Below the pieces are notes generated by a model that saw only the letters and a program-made list of their open reading frames with translations, had not been told where the DNA came from and made no database searches. The position numbers and the translations under genes were made by a program. A stretch of 59,362 nt of DNA, counting the filler. It is 6 parts of 6 records of this genome, joined end to end, with 100 filler letters (N's around TTAATTAATTAA, not from the genome) between each part and the next. Parts side by side here need not be neighbours in the genome. Positions count along the whole stretch, not along the records: positions 35,759 to 45,781 come from SRR31156797_16644; positions 45,882 to 54,134 come from SRR31156797_16648; 4 more parts are not named here. One strand, given 5' to 3'. Of this stretch, positions 37,401 to 47,802 are shown in pieces; positions within the stretch are counted from its first letter, which is position 1; each line of letters starts with the position of its first letter.

Positions 37401-38396
37401 ATGGATGACAAAGTGATTCTTATTACCGGGGGAACCGGCTCTTTTGGGAAGAGATGTACCCAGCTTATTTTAGACCGGTACCGGCCGCGCAAGGTTATTA
37501 TTTTCAGCCGGGACGAGCTTAAGCAGTTTGAAATGCAGCAGCGGTTTTCAGAGTCCAAATACGACCCTTTGAGATTTTTTATCGGGGATGTAAGGGATAA
37601 AGACAGGCTGTACAGGGCGTTTTCAGGTGTTGATATCGTTATCCATGCGGCCGCAATGAAGCAGGTGCCTGCTGCGGAGTACAACCCTTTTGAAGCGGTA
37701 AAAACCAATATTATCGGCGCCCAGAATGTGATTGATGCGGCCATAGATCAGAATGTTCAAAAGGTGATTGCCCTGAGTACGGATAAGGCGGCCAACCCGG
37801 TGAACCTCTATGGGGCGACCAAATTGTGTTCCGATAAAATTTTTATTGCCGGAAATTCCTATACAGGGCAGAAAGTTAAAACCATTTTCAGTGTTGTCCG
37901 ATATGGGAATGTTATCGGCAGCAGGGGCAGCGTGATTCCCTTTTTTCTTGGAAAGAAAGATGCCGGCGTTTTGCCGATCACCGACCCGAGGATGACCCGG
38001 TTCTGGATAACATTGGACCAGGCTGTGGAGTTTGTTTTTCATTGTTTATCACATATGACCGGAGGGGAGCTGTTTGTCCCTAAACTGCCGAGTATGAATA
38101 TCATGGATCTGGCAAAGGCGATCTGTCCGGAGTGTAAGTTGGAAACTGTCGGGATTCGGCCCGGGGAAAAATTGCATGAGGTCATGATTCCCGAGGATGA
38201 GTCCAGGATGGTGATGGAATTTGAGGAGTATTATATTATCCAGCCGGATTTAAGCTTTTTCCATAAAGGGAAAACCTGGGACAATAAAAAGGCCAAACCG
38301 GTTCCGGACGGGTTTGAATACAGTTCCGGCACAAATCCCCATTTTCTTACCATGGCGGAAATGCGGCAGATGATTGATGCGTTCAAAAAATTTTAA
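37401..38396 (+). CDS. pseB: UDP-N-acetylglucosamine 4,6-dehydratase (inverting)
   Basis: ITGGTGSFG, SRDELKQ, KQVPAAEYNP, STDKA.NP.NLYGATK, GIRPGEKLHE. Confidence 0.95.
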   Translation: MDDKVILITGGTGSFGKRCTQLILDRYRPRKVIIFSRDELKQFEMQQRFSESKYDPLRFFIGDVRDKDRLYRAFSGVDIVIHAAAMKQVPAAEYNPFEAVKTNIIGAQNVIDAAIDQNVQKVIALSTDKAANPVNLYGATKLCSDKIFIAGNSYTGQKVKTIFSVVRYGNVIGSRGSVIPFFLGKKDAGVLPITDPRMTRFWITLDQAVEFVFHCLSHMTGGELFVPKLPSMNIMDLAKAICPECKLETVGIRPGEKLHEVMIPEDESRMVMEFEEYYIIQPDLSFFHKGKTWDNKKAKPVPDGFEYSSGTNPHFLTMAEMRQMIDAFKKF

Positions 38397-38412
38397 TCCG
38401 GGATTAAGGGGT

Positions 38413-39030
38413 TTAAATTTTTTTTTCTAAAAGAAACCAATTGATGTCATCTGCCGGGAAATTGGGGTCTCTATGGTAGATAAATCCATAATCAACCAGT
38501 TCCAGGTCCGGGTAGGAATCCAGGATCTCCCCTGCAAAATCCCGCTTGAACAATTTATTTTCATGCCCCCGGTATCCCACCTCCACAGGGGCGGGATTAT
38601 AATACTCATATATGAGAACATATTTGGAAGATGCCTTGTACAATGTTTCGTATACCCTTGGAAGGGCCTGGGGAGCAATGTGGATGAGCACCCCTGCGGT
38701 AAAGGTGATATCCCATCTCCTCTTTGGGGTGAAGTCGATGATGGATTTGTGGTAAATGGTTGAATTTTCAAGGCTTACTGCGATTTTAGCCGCTTCTTTA
38801 TTAATTTCTACACCATAGAGGGCGGCATGGGGTCTTAGGCGTTGAATGGCTTTCAGGTTCAGGCCGATATTGCAGCCCAGTTCAAGCACGGAGTCCACTC
38901 CATGGGTGCGGGATAGGATTTTTGAAAATATGGCGGTTCTGGCACTTAATACGTTTTTTCCCTGGTTTCTGGAGATATAATCCTTTCCAAATTCCCCGGC
39001 CCAGAAATTTTCTTGTTCGGTATTATACAT
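38413..39030 (-). CDS. Pseudaminic acid biosynthesis-associated methylase
   Basis: TEQE.FWAGEFG..YI.RN, ELGCNIG.NL, EYYNP.PVEV.YRG, KRDFAG. Confidence 0.9.
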   Translation of the reverse strand: MYNTEQENFWAGEFGKDYISRNQGKNVLSARTAIFSKILSRTHGVDSVLELGCNIGLNLKAIQRLRPHAALYGVEINKEAAKIAVSLENSTIYHKSIIDFTPKRRWDITFTAGVLIHIAPQALPRVYETLYKASSKYVLIYEYYNPAPVEVGYRGHENKLFKRDFAGEILDSYPDLELVDYGFIYHRDPNFPADDINWFLLEKKI

Positions 39031-39215
39031 AGGTTTTTATCCGTCAATGGGGTTAAGGTTGACTCTGGGGTTTCATACCGGTAAAAAAAGGACAAGATTT
39101 CCATCTGCCCGGCTGATACCCTATTGTCATCATCCATACCGTAGGATAAAAAAACGGGTGTTGTCAATATGGATTCTATGGTTTGCAGATTTTCCACAAT
39201 GAGGAAAGATGAGAT

Positions 39216-39914
39216 ATGACACAAATTGCGATTATACCTGCCCGGGGAGGGTCAAAGCGGCTGAAAAGGAAGAATATCCTGCCCGTCCTCGGCCGGCCCA
39301 TGCTCTCCTATCCCATAGAGGCGGCCCTTAAAACCAACCGCTTTGACCGGGTGATCGTATCAACTGAGGATGAAGAAATAAAGCAGGCTGCCCTCGGAGC
39401 GGGGGCGGAGGTGATGGGCCGGCATGACCGGCTTGCCCAGGACCGGTCCACAGTGGTTCAGGTCTGTCTGGATGTCCTTGGCCGCCTGGACGCCCAAGGG
39501 GTGATACCGGATTGGGTCTGCTGTATATATGCAACCGCATTATTTATCACCCCTGGGGATTTGACGGCATCTTTTGCCCTGAGGAAAAATGTTCCGGGCG
39601 TTAATTCCATCATGGGGGTGTCTGAATTCAACCTGCAGCCCATGCAGGCTTTGGCCGGTGATGCAAAGGGCTTTTTGAACCCTAAATGGCCTGAATATAA
39701 AATTCAGTCACAATTTCACCCGGACCTTGTTGCCAGCAATGGCACCCTCTACTGGGTCGAAACCCGGGCGTTTTTAAAGCAGCAGACCTTTTATACGGAT
39801 AGGTTGGTGGGATATAAGATTCCCTGGATCAGGGCCATTGATCTGGATACCCCCGAAGATTATGAAATGGCCCAAAAGATCGCTCCTTTATTTCTCAATG
39901 GACCGGATGATTGA
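39216..39914 (+). CDS. pseF: Pseudaminic acid / acylneuraminate cytidylyltransferase
   Basis: IIPARGGSKRL.RKNI, CCIYATA, DLDTPED. Confidence 0.88.
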   Translation: MTQIAIIPARGGSKRLKRKNILPVLGRPMLSYPIEAALKTNRFDRVIVSTEDEEIKQAALGAGAEVMGRHDRLAQDRSTVVQVCLDVLGRLDAQGVIPDWVCCIYATALFITPGDLTASFALRKNVPGVNSIMGVSEFNLQPMQALAGDAKGFLNPKWPEYKIQSQFHPDLVASNGTLYWVETRAFLKQQTFYTDRLVGYKIPWIRAIDLDTPEDYEMAQKIAPLFLNGPDD

Positions 39915-40571
39915 AAAGGCTTCCGCGCAGTGAAGCCCGGTCGTACTCCCCCTTCTGTGGGCCAGGGCCTTTATGGCTTTGGGAGACCTTGGATGGGGGA
40001 ATAGCTTGATTTCGTTTTCATAGGCTTCCATGGCCTTTATTTTAAGATGTAGATAATCCCTTATATCAATAAAAAGGTTCGGGGAGAACCCGGGGCTGAT
40101 TTGTTCGAAAGCCCATTCCGTGGATGACAGGGTTTCATAGGTGAATATGGATTTAATCCGGCTGCCCTCCACGGGTCTGGCTGCAGTGAGGGTTGCCCTG
40201 AAAGTTATGGAATGGTCGATATTCAGGTCCCCCCCGTGCTGGGTGAACAGGGTGTGGGGGTGGCGGTGTTCAATATGGGCTTCGATTCTTTTGACAATGT
40301 CCAGAAGGGGGATGGAATCAAACCTATTGTCCGGAAAGGATTCAAAGGAAACACTGGCTGCGCCTAAAATTTTTCCGGCTGACCGTGCATTTTTCCTGAG
40401 CTGTTCAATCGCCTGTTCATCTTCAGGCCGGGGCGTTCCTGACCTGGACCGAATCCCTTCGCCCAATATGAGAATATGCACTTCTTTGTTCTGGGCCGCA
40501 TATTTTGCAATGGTCCCGCCGCATCCAAGGGTTTCGTCGTCCGGGTGTGCTGAAATAATTAAGATTGACAT
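39888..40571 (-). CDS. PIG-L family de-N-acetylase
   Basis: AHPDDE.LGCGG, DLNIDH, PHPRS; 3' end overlaps pseF convergently. Confidence 0.9.
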   Translation of the reverse strand: MSILIISAHPDDETLGCGGTIAKYAAQNKEVHILILGEGIRSRSGTPRPEDEQAIEQLRKNARSAGKILGAASVSFESFPDNRFDSIPLLDIVKRIEAHIEHRHPHTLFTQHGGDLNIDHSITFRATLTAARPVEGSRIKSIFTYETLSSTEWAFEQISPGFSPNLFIDIRDYLHLKIKAMEAYENEIKLFPHPRSPKAIKALAHRRGSTTGLHCAEAFSIIRSIEK

Positions 40572-40652
40572 CCATACCTCGTCTGATAGAGTTTCGACTT
40601 GATCATAATCAAAGACCTGTTTCAAGTAAAGTAAATTCAAAAGAGGGTATTG

Positions 40653-41720
40653 ATGAACAAAACTTTCAAGGCATCCAATGGAGCTGAAATCGAATTTTTA
40701 CCGGGGTTTTTCGAGCAGAAAAACGATTGGCCCTTTGGGATCAAGGACTTTCATGAATTTGTCCAAAAATGCTGGGTTGAAACGGCCTATCCAAAGGGGA
40801 TCATAGGCTTTTTTCTGGGAAAGGTCTTGATCACCCAGTATTTTATTGAAGTGATGAAAAATACCTTTTGCCAGATGCCCACCTGGAACCGGATGCTTGA
40901 TATCGGTACCGGCCCTGGAATTCCTCCTAGGCTGATGAAAGCCTTCGGATATGTGAAGGAAGCATGGGCCACTGATATCCTGGACCGGAGGGGGGATTAT
41001 CCCGATGAGATGTCGGTGGGCTTTATCCGGGATCTTCAGGTGGCCATCAGTAAAAGGGACAAGACCGATTTGGAAATTCTTAAAAATGTCGTCATGGAGT
41101 ACAAGGAAAACTATACCCAGATCCCCCTTGCACTGGATGCCTTCAGGCCTGGCGCGGTTGACCTGGAAAAATTTACCTGGGACAATTATCTTGTGGGGGA
41201 TTTTATAGAGGATGATATGGAATTTCCGAAATTTGATCTCATTACGGGATTCCTTTGCCTTGATTATTTTAAAACCCCGCAGCTTTTTAAAAAAGTGGAC
41301 AGCCTGCTGGAGAAGAACGGGGTGTTCTTTTTCAATGTAACAAATTGGTATAATTTATGGGGGGGTGCCATGCAGATTCCCATGGACGCTCCCTGGTTCC
41401 ATGCCAGGGTATCAAAAGCCGATTTGCTGGCCTATTACAAAGAGTGCCGGCCGGAAATATACGAGGATACCCTCAAGGCGGTTTATATGAAAAGCACCCA
41501 TATGACCTATAGGGATTTTGTAAGGGAAGGGGAAAAGGTAAACTTTGAATTCAAAGGATTCCGCCGGACCATTGATACCGCTGTCATGACCTCTTTATAT
41601 TTTAACAGCTACGACTATCTTCATAATCCGGTATTGGCCCAGGCTCAGAAGATAAACCCCCTTGTCTGCCTTGAAGATCTTCTGACAAAAAATATCACCC
41701 TGGTTTTTCAAAAAAAATAG
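40653..41720 (+). CDS. Class I SAM-dependent methyltransferase-like protein
   Basis: MLDIGTGPG, FDLI, LLEKNGVFF. Confidence 0.7.
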   Translation: MNKTFKASNGAEIEFLPGFFEQKNDWPFGIKDFHEFVQKCWVETAYPKGIIGFFLGKVLITQYFIEVMKNTFCQMPTWNRMLDIGTGPGIPPRLMKAFGYVKEAWATDILDRRGDYPDEMSVGFIRDLQVAISKRDKTDLEILKNVVMEYKENYTQIPLALDAFRPGAVDLEKFTWDNYLVGDFIEDDMEFPKFDLITGFLCLDYFKTPQLFKKVDSLLEKNGVFFFNVTNWYNLWGGAMQIPMDAPWFHARVSKADLLAYYKECRPEIYEDTLKAVYMKSTHMTYRDFVREGEKVNFEFKGFRRTIDTAVMTSLYFNSYDYLHNPVLAQAQKINPLVCLEDLLTKNITLVFQKK

Positions 41721-41729
41721 GGGCTGGTA

Positions 41730-42416
41730 TTAGAGGGGCTGTTTCAGGGAAATGGTCACATCTGCCTTGATGCAGCTTTTTTTCAGGGCTCCCCTGGAAA
41801 ATTCAAGCCGGAATCGGTCTGTCTCCAAAAAGGCCTTGGGATATCCCCGGGCATCCAGCATCCGGATATAATCATAGACCTGCTCCAGGGAGTTCAAAGA
41901 AGAAATATTCCCTTGCTCAGGTTTCCTGCGGTGAAAATTCACCGGCTCTCCTGATTGCTCAATGGGTGCGGGGTCCGTTTCAATGATGGTGGCTATCATC
42001 TTTTCAATGACGGTTCCGGCCCTGATATAGATCTCTTCTGCATTCCCGTGGAGGGATAAATTATTTTTAAGATAGACCGGGCCCCGGTCAATCCCTTTAG
42101 AACATTTGATGGCGGAAATTTTTGTTTGGTAAATTCCCCTGGCAATGAGATTTTGGAGGGGACTGCCTCCCCTGCCAAAGGGAAGGTCTGTCATATGGAA
42201 TATAATACAATTAAAATTAGAATATACAGATTCGTCTATGATATGGGACCAATGGGGGATAAAAACCTTATCAGGCCTGATTTTATCCAGGGCGGCCCGG
42301 GTGAAATCTTCCGGTTTTTGGATCAGTGTAAACCTTGATCCTGTCCTTTTTTCCAGGTTTTCGGCCATATGGGGATTCCAGTTCCGGGAGGTGGCAATCG
42401 CATAGATTTTGGTCAT
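41730..42416 (-). CDS. Formyltransferase-like protein (Fmt-like, sugar N-formylation)
   Basis: FHMTDLPFGRGGSPLQNLI, IDRG, IRMLDA.GYP.AF; ATGA overlap with pseI. Confidence 0.82.
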   Translation of the reverse strand: MTKIYAIATSRNWNPHMAENLEKRTGSRFTLIQKPEDFTRAALDKIRPDKVFIPHWSHIIDESVYSNFNCIIFHMTDLPFGRGGSPLQNLIARGIYQTKISAIKCSKGIDRGPVYLKNNLSLHGNAEEIYIRAGTVIEKMIATIIETDPAPIEQSGEPVNFHRRKPEQGNISSLNSLEQVYDYIRMLDARGYPKAFLETDRFRLEFSRGALKKSCIKADVTISLKQPL

Positions 42417-43459
42417 TGGATCATCTCCCATTCCAGGGGGGTTCCCCTGGTTAATGCCGCCCGGGCGGTTTTTCCTTTTACCCGGTCATAATACCGCGGG
42501 TGCATCCCGTGTCCCGGCCTTATGGGCCTGATATTTTTATCCGTGAATTTCTCGCCCTTTTGTATATCCCGGACCACAAAGAGGGAGCGCCTGAAAACAA
42601 GGCTTTCTTTTTGTCCCTGGGTTATTTCGTAATTGATGCGGCCCAATGCTTTTTCAAGGGTCCGTATTTCTTTTACCATGGATATGAATTCCGCCGGCTC
42701 CATGGAAAATGAACTGTCCGGCCCTTTTTCTTTACGGGAGAGGGTGAAATGCTTTTCCACGATCGTGGCGCCCAGGGCAACGGCGCCCAGAGCAACGGTG
42801 GCACCCAGGGTGTGATCGGATATGCCGCAGGCAGTGCCAAAGGCGGCTGCCAGGTGGGGGATGGTATTCAGGTTGGCATCCTCAGGTCTTGCCGGATAGG
42901 CGCTGGTGCACTTGAGCAGGGCAAGCTCCCTGCATCCGTTTGCCCTTAATGTTCCTACGGCTTCCTCTATTTCTCCGAGGCTTGCCATGCCCGTTGACAG
43001 GATAACGGGCTTTCCGGTCCGGGCAATTTTTTTTAACAAAGGGATATCCACAATCTCAAAAGAGGCGATTTTATATGCCGGTACATCCAGGGTCTCAAGA
43101 AAGTCAACCGCCGTGGGGTCAAAGGGGGTGGAAAATAAATCAATACCCAGGTTTTTTGCCGCCTTCATCAGGTCCTGTTGCCATTCCCAGGGGGTTGCCG
43201 CCTTTTTATAGAGGTCGTAAAGGGTTTGCCCCTTCCAGATGGTTTCGGACAGACAAAAGGGAGGGGCGTCGGAGTCTATTGTCATGGTGTCCGGGGTGTA
43301 GGTTTGAAGCTTTACCGCATCTGCCCCGCAATCTTTTGCCGCCTCAAGGATTTTGAGGGCCGTTTCATAGTCCTGCCCATGGTTGGCGGACATCTCTGCA
43401 ATGATATAGGCGGGTCTGTCTTTACCGATGAGGCTGTTATTAATCTGTATCACCTTCAT
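42413..43459 (-). CDS. pseI: Pseudaminic acid synthase
   Basis: IIAEMSANH, KLQTYTPDT, KIASFE, KCTSAYP, SDHT, EKHFTL; C-terminal SAF domain (RRSLFV). Confidence 0.93.
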   Translation of the reverse strand: MKVIQINNSLIGKDRPAYIIAEMSANHGQDYETALKILEAAKDCGADAVKLQTYTPDTMTIDSDAPPFCLSETIWKGQTLYDLYKKAATPWEWQQDLMKAAKNLGIDLFSTPFDPTAVDFLETLDVPAYKIASFEIVDIPLLKKIARTGKPVILSTGMASLGEIEEAVGTLRANGCRELALLKCTSAYPARPEDANLNTIPHLAAAFGTACGISDHTLGATVALGAVALGATIVEKHFTLSRKEKGPDSSFSMEPAEFISMVKEIRTLEKALGRINYEITQGQKESLVFRRSLFVVRDIQKGEKFTDKNIRPIRPGHGMHPRYYDRVKGKTARAALTRGTPLEWEMIQ

Positions 43460-45171
43460 TTGGTTCCTTCGGCTTTTGTGATTTGCAGTTGAAATGTCTG
43501 GCCGTTTATTTCAAAAAACAGAGGATATTTTTTATTGTCAGCCACCCGCATCAGATTAAACTGGTCGGCGATGGATTTGTTAATATCCAGCCGGGAATTT
43601 TCAGGGGTCCGTCTTGGATAAAAGCTCTCCCGGCCCTTTTGTTCCCTTGCCCCTGAGAGGCGGGTTGGGTAGTTCGTCAGGAAATCCAGGCATAGCCTGA
43701 TGCTGGCCTCCCCCTGTATTTCTCTGAGTTCCTCAACCAGTTCATGCCCTTTGAACCTCATCATATCCTGGCGGTAAATAATGCCGCTGTCAACTTTTTC
43801 AACCGCCTCCGCCAGGGTAATGGGGATTTCGTTTTCTTTTTCAAGGATTTGCCAGGTCATGGGGGACCACCCCTTTCCCCGGGGCAGGGCGCTTTCGTGG
43901 ACCACCAAATTATGGGTGTTGAGGTCCAGGATTTTTTTGGGAACAAGCTGGCCGCATCCCAGGTAAAAGACGATGTCCCCTTTTTTTATATCTAAGACCG
44001 AATGAATCTGCCTGATTGAATGGGGGAATCGGCCTTGTATTTCTGTCTTGAGCCGGTCTGCATAGGGAAGAATCCAGCTGTCATTGTCTGAAAGGATGGT
44101 GATATCCAGACGGGTGCCGGTTAAAAAAGATGCCATGGCCATGGCAACCCGCTCACGGCCTTTGCGGGTGATCAATTTTCTTCCCGCTGCCGATATCCTC
44201 CGCCTTTGATCATGGTCCCGGCTTAAGTTTATTATATGCCGGGCAAGGTCTTTTTCCGTGATCCGGGTATGCCTGCCGGCATTGATGCCGGCGTATGCGG
44301 CTTCAAGGGCCTGGACTATTTTTTCCTGGTTGTCCGCCATGATGATGAAAATTGAGGGTACCCCGAAATAGGAAAGTTCCCATGCCGTGCTGCCCCCGGC
44401 CGAGATGGCCATGTCCGCCCAGGCCATGAGGTCGGGCATTTTATGGGTGTTGGAAATGATCTCGCACTCAAACCGGGAGGTGCCCAATTCATTTTCAATT
44501 GACCGGATATTGGGATTGGCCGGCCCTATAATTATTTTTATTTTTAACCGGCTGCTGTTTACCCGGTTCAGGGCCTTTGCTATTTTTAGGGTCAGGTTGT
44601 CCGGATCGGCCCCGCCTGTGGTAATCAGGATCTTTTCTGCCCGGTCCGGTATGTCCGGCCGGGTCTGGGGATGGGAGGTAAACTCATCCCGGAGCATGGC
44701 AAATTGGCTGCCTTTAAGGGAAATGGTGGTTTCAGGGGTATTGTACTCAAAGGCCCGGGCGCCCAGGTTCTGGTTGAGAATCATATCGGCCCTGTATTCG
44801 GGCAGGTGGTTATAATCGTCCAAAACCAGTAATTTTACACCTGATGCCCTGATTTTGTCGTGATAGGCGGCGGTAAAATGGTAGCCGTCAAGAATGGTCC
44901 AGCACGCCCTGTCCTTTTTTATACAGGTCAGGGTGGTTTCAAGGTCTGATTCACAGGGGAAGGGGGCGTCGATCCTGGTGACCTTAAACCCCAGTGAGGT
45001 CAGTTTGTTTTCAATGGCAGAGGGGCAGGCCGATACAAATAATACATCACCATAGTTTCGTTTCCATTCCTGGGCAAGGGCAATGCAGCGCATCACGTGT
45101 CCGGCACCCATGGTTTCATCGGCATCAGCCCGGATCAGCAGCATCTTTCTTGGGGGGGGATCCAAATTCAT
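43456..45171 (-). CDS. pseG: PseG hydrolase fused to a formyltransferase-like domain
   Basis: RADA...GAGHVMRC.ALA, GG.DP, AISAGGST.WE, ADNQ; C-terminal VHES.LP.GKGWSP...VDSG. Confidence 0.85.
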   Translation of the reverse strand: MNLDPPPRKMLLIRADADETMGAGHVMRCIALAQEWKRNYGDVLFVSACPSAIENKLTSLGFKVTRIDAPFPCESDLETTLTCIKKDRACWTILDGYHFTAAYHDKIRASGVKLLVLDDYNHLPEYRADMILNQNLGARAFEYNTPETTISLKGSQFAMLRDEFTSHPQTRPDIPDRAEKILITTGGADPDNLTLKIAKALNRVNSSRLKIKIIIGPANPNIRSIENELGTSRFECEIISNTHKMPDLMAWADMAISAGGSTAWELSYFGVPSIFIIMADNQEKIVQALEAAYAGINAGRHTRITEKDLARHIINLSRDHDQRRRISAAGRKLITRKGRERVAMAMASFLTGTRLDITILSDNDSWILPYADRLKTEIQGRFPHSIRQIHSVLDIKKGDIVFYLGCGQLVPKKILDLNTHNLVVHESALPRGKGWSPMTWQILEKENEIPITLAEAVEKVDSGIIYRQDMMRFKGHELVEELREIQGEASIRLCLDFLTNYPTRLSGAREQKGRESFYPRRTPENSRLDINKSIADQFNLMRVADNKKYPLFFEINGQTFQLQITKAEGTK

Positions 45172-45312
45172 GGGGTTTCAGTATTAAGTTCCTTGATATA
45201 ATCTTGAGATCTGGTTAATGATATGGAATCATAAACAGTTTAAAGGTTAAAATCAAATGGAATATGGGTCATCAAAATCCTGTCTTCCTGTGTATAATAA
45301 GGAGATAAAATT

Positions 45313-45781
45313 ATGGTCAGGCTTGGAAATAAAAAAGTTGGGGACGGCCATCCGGTCTTCATTGTCTTTGAGGCAGGGCCCACCCATGACGGACTGGAAT
45401 CTGCCAAAGCCCTGGTGAAATGCGCTGCCGATGCTGGCGCCGATGCTGTAAAGTTTCAAATCCTCGACCCGGAACGGCTGGTTCCGGATAAAACCCAGCC
45501 CTTTTCCTATGAGATCCTGGTGGACAAAAATACCGGGGCCAGGCAAACCAAGACCGAACCCTTGTATGATATTTTAATGCGCAGGTTTCTTACATTTGAC
45601 CAGTGGAAAGAGGTAAAGGCCTATTGTGATGACCTGGGTATTGTTTTTTTTTCAACGGCAACCTTTGTCGATGAGGTGGATTTTTTAAAGGATATGGGTG
45701 CCCAAACCCTGAAAATCTGCTCCGGGGATGTGAATCACCATCCCTTTATCAGGTATTGCGCCGAAACCGGGATGAGCATCC
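45313..45781 (+). CDS. Second NeuB-family nonulosonic acid synthase, 3'-truncated
   Basis: FEAGPTHDG, GADAVKFQ, FFST, KICSGD. Confidence 0.85.
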
Positions 45782-45881
45782 NNNNNNNNNNNNNNNNNNN
45801 NNNNNNNNNNNNNNNNNNNNNNNNNTTAATTAATTAANNNNNNNNNNNNNNNNNNNNNNNNNNNNNNNNNNNNNNNNNNNN
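45782..45881. other. Artificial contig spacer
   Basis: N44-TTAATTAATTAA-N44. Confidence 0.98.
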
Positions 45882-46940
45882 GTGACGCTCCATGGGATAT
45901 TCCTTGCTGTACCCATACCCTCCCAGGATCTGAACCCCTTCCACGGAAGCCCTCATGGCCGCATCGGATGCGTACATCTTGGCCATGGCCGCTTCCTTCT
46001 CATACGGCTTTTTATGACTCTCCAGCCAGGCGGCCCGGAGCGTCAACAGCTCGGCCGCATCCAGCTCGGTTGCCATATCCGCCAGTTTCCACTGGATGGC
46101 TTGAAAAGAGGTGATGGGTTTTCCGAACTGCTCCCGGGTCTTGGCGTAGGCAACAGCGTCTTCCAGGACGGATCGACCGATACCGATGGCCTGGGAAGCG
46201 ATGCCGATGCGGCCGCCATCCAGGGTTGTCAGCATCTGCCTAAACCCTTCCCCCTCATTTCCCAGCAGCGCATCAGCGGGCAATTTTGCATCTTCAAAAA
46301 CCAGTTCCGCGGTTCCCGAAGCCAGGATGCCCATTTTTTCTTCCACGCGCCCCACCTTGAAGCCGGGGGTGTTTTCCAGATCCATCACAAAGGAACTGAT
46401 CCCCTTGTATCCTTTTTCCTTGTCCGTCACCGCGGCGATGACGGCGTAGCGTGCCACATTACCATTGGTGATAAATTTCTTCTCACCATTAATAATCCAT
46501 TGGTCCCCGTCCTTGATCGCCGTGGTCCGCATGCCCGCGGGATCGGAACCGGCCCCGGCCTCGGTCAAGCCGTAGCACCCCAGGTATTCTCCCGAAGCAC
46601 AGGGCTTGAGATATTTCTGCTTTTGAGCCTCCGTCCCATAGGCATAGACCGGAAAACAGTACAGGGAATTGTTGACGCTCATGATGACACCGGTGGAAGC
46701 GCATCCTTTCGACACTTCAATGAGTGCCAGGACGTAACTGACGTAATCCATGCCGCCGCCGCCGTATTCTTCCGGTACGGCAATACCCAGCATCTTCAGC
46801 TCTCCCAACTGTTTGACGATCTCCGCCGGATGGGCGTGGCTTTCATCCAGTTCCGCAGCCTTGGGTCGAATCTCGGCCTCGGCAAAGCGTGCCGCCATCT
46901 CTCGAACCATCTGCTGTTCTTCGGTTAAGGCAAAATCCAT
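45882..46940 (-). CDS. Acyl-CoA dehydrogenase (butyryl-CoA dehydrogenase-like), 3'-truncated
   Basis: LTEAGAGSD, K.FITNG, GRIGIASQ, REQFGK, QILGGYGY. Confidence 0.95.
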
Positions 46941-46943
46941 TGA

Positions 46944-47732
46944 TTATACCAGCCCCCCCTTAAACTCCGGTTTTCGTTTCTCCAAAAATGCCGTCATCCC
47001 TTCTTTTCCGTCAGGACTCGACATGCAAATGGCAAAACCGTCCGCCTCCATGAAGTGGCCGGTGCGAAGGTCCACGTCAAAACCGCGATCGATACAGTTT
47101 TTGATGGCTTTTAACGCCACTCTGCCCTTGCTTGCCATGAATTTGGCGGTTTTCATGGTTTCTTCCCACAGGGTATCCGCTGGAAATACCTTGTTGACCA
47201 GGCCGATCTCTTTGGCTTCCTGAGCACCGATAATGACACCGGTTAAACAAAGTTCCTTGGCCATTGCTTTGCCCACCAGGCGGGATAACCGCTGGGTGCC
47301 GCCGAATCCGGGAATAATCCCAAGATTGATCTCGGGCTGACCGAACTTGGCCTTTTCAGAGGCGTAAATAAAATCACAGGCCATGGCCGTTTCCGTTCCG
47401 CCCCCAAGGGCGAACCCGTTCACGCAGGCAATCACCGGTATGGGAAGCGCTTCCAGCCGAAATAGAAGGGCCTGCCCGTCCAGCGCAAACTGCCGACCCT
47501 GCAAGGGTGCAAAATTGGCCATATGCCCGATATCGGCGCCGGCGATGAAGGCTTTATCCCCTTCGCCCGTGAGCACCAGCACTTTCATGGTCCCTTCGGC
47601 TTCAATTTTATCCAGGACCTGACCCACTTCAGCCAGCACCGCGGGATTGATGGCATTCAAAGCTTTGGGCCGGTTGAACTTGATGATCGCAACATTTCCG
47701 TCTTCTTCATAGATAATATTTTCAAATGACAT
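46944..47732 (-). CDS. crt: Enoyl-CoA hydratase (crotonase)
   Basis: NRPKALNA, AF.AGADI, GFALGGG.E, FGQPEINLGIIPGFGGTQRL. Confidence 0.92.
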   Translation of the reverse strand: MSFENIIYEEDGNVAIIKFNRPKALNAINPAVLAEVGQVLDKIEAEGTMKVLVLTGEGDKAFIAGADIGHMANFAPLQGRQFALDGQALLFRLEALPIPVIACVNGFALGGGTETAMACDFIYASEKAKFGQPEINLGIIPGFGGTQRLSRLVGKAMAKELCLTGVIIGAQEAKEIGLVNKVFPADTLWEETMKTAKFMASKGRVALKAIKNCIDRGFDVDLRTGHFMEADGFAICMSSPDGKEGMTAFLEKRKPEFKGGLV

Positions 47733-47762
47733 GATATTATGCCCCCATCCGATTGAAATATT

Positions 47763-47796
47763 AAAAAAATCGTTGCCGGTTTCTTAAAGCGGCAAC
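47763..47796 (-). terminator. Terminator-like hairpin after the thiolase gene
   Basis: GTTGCCG / CGGCAAC stem with an A7 run on the + strand 5' side (U-tract on minus). Confidence 0.6.
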
Positions 47797-47802
47797 CGTC
47801 TA

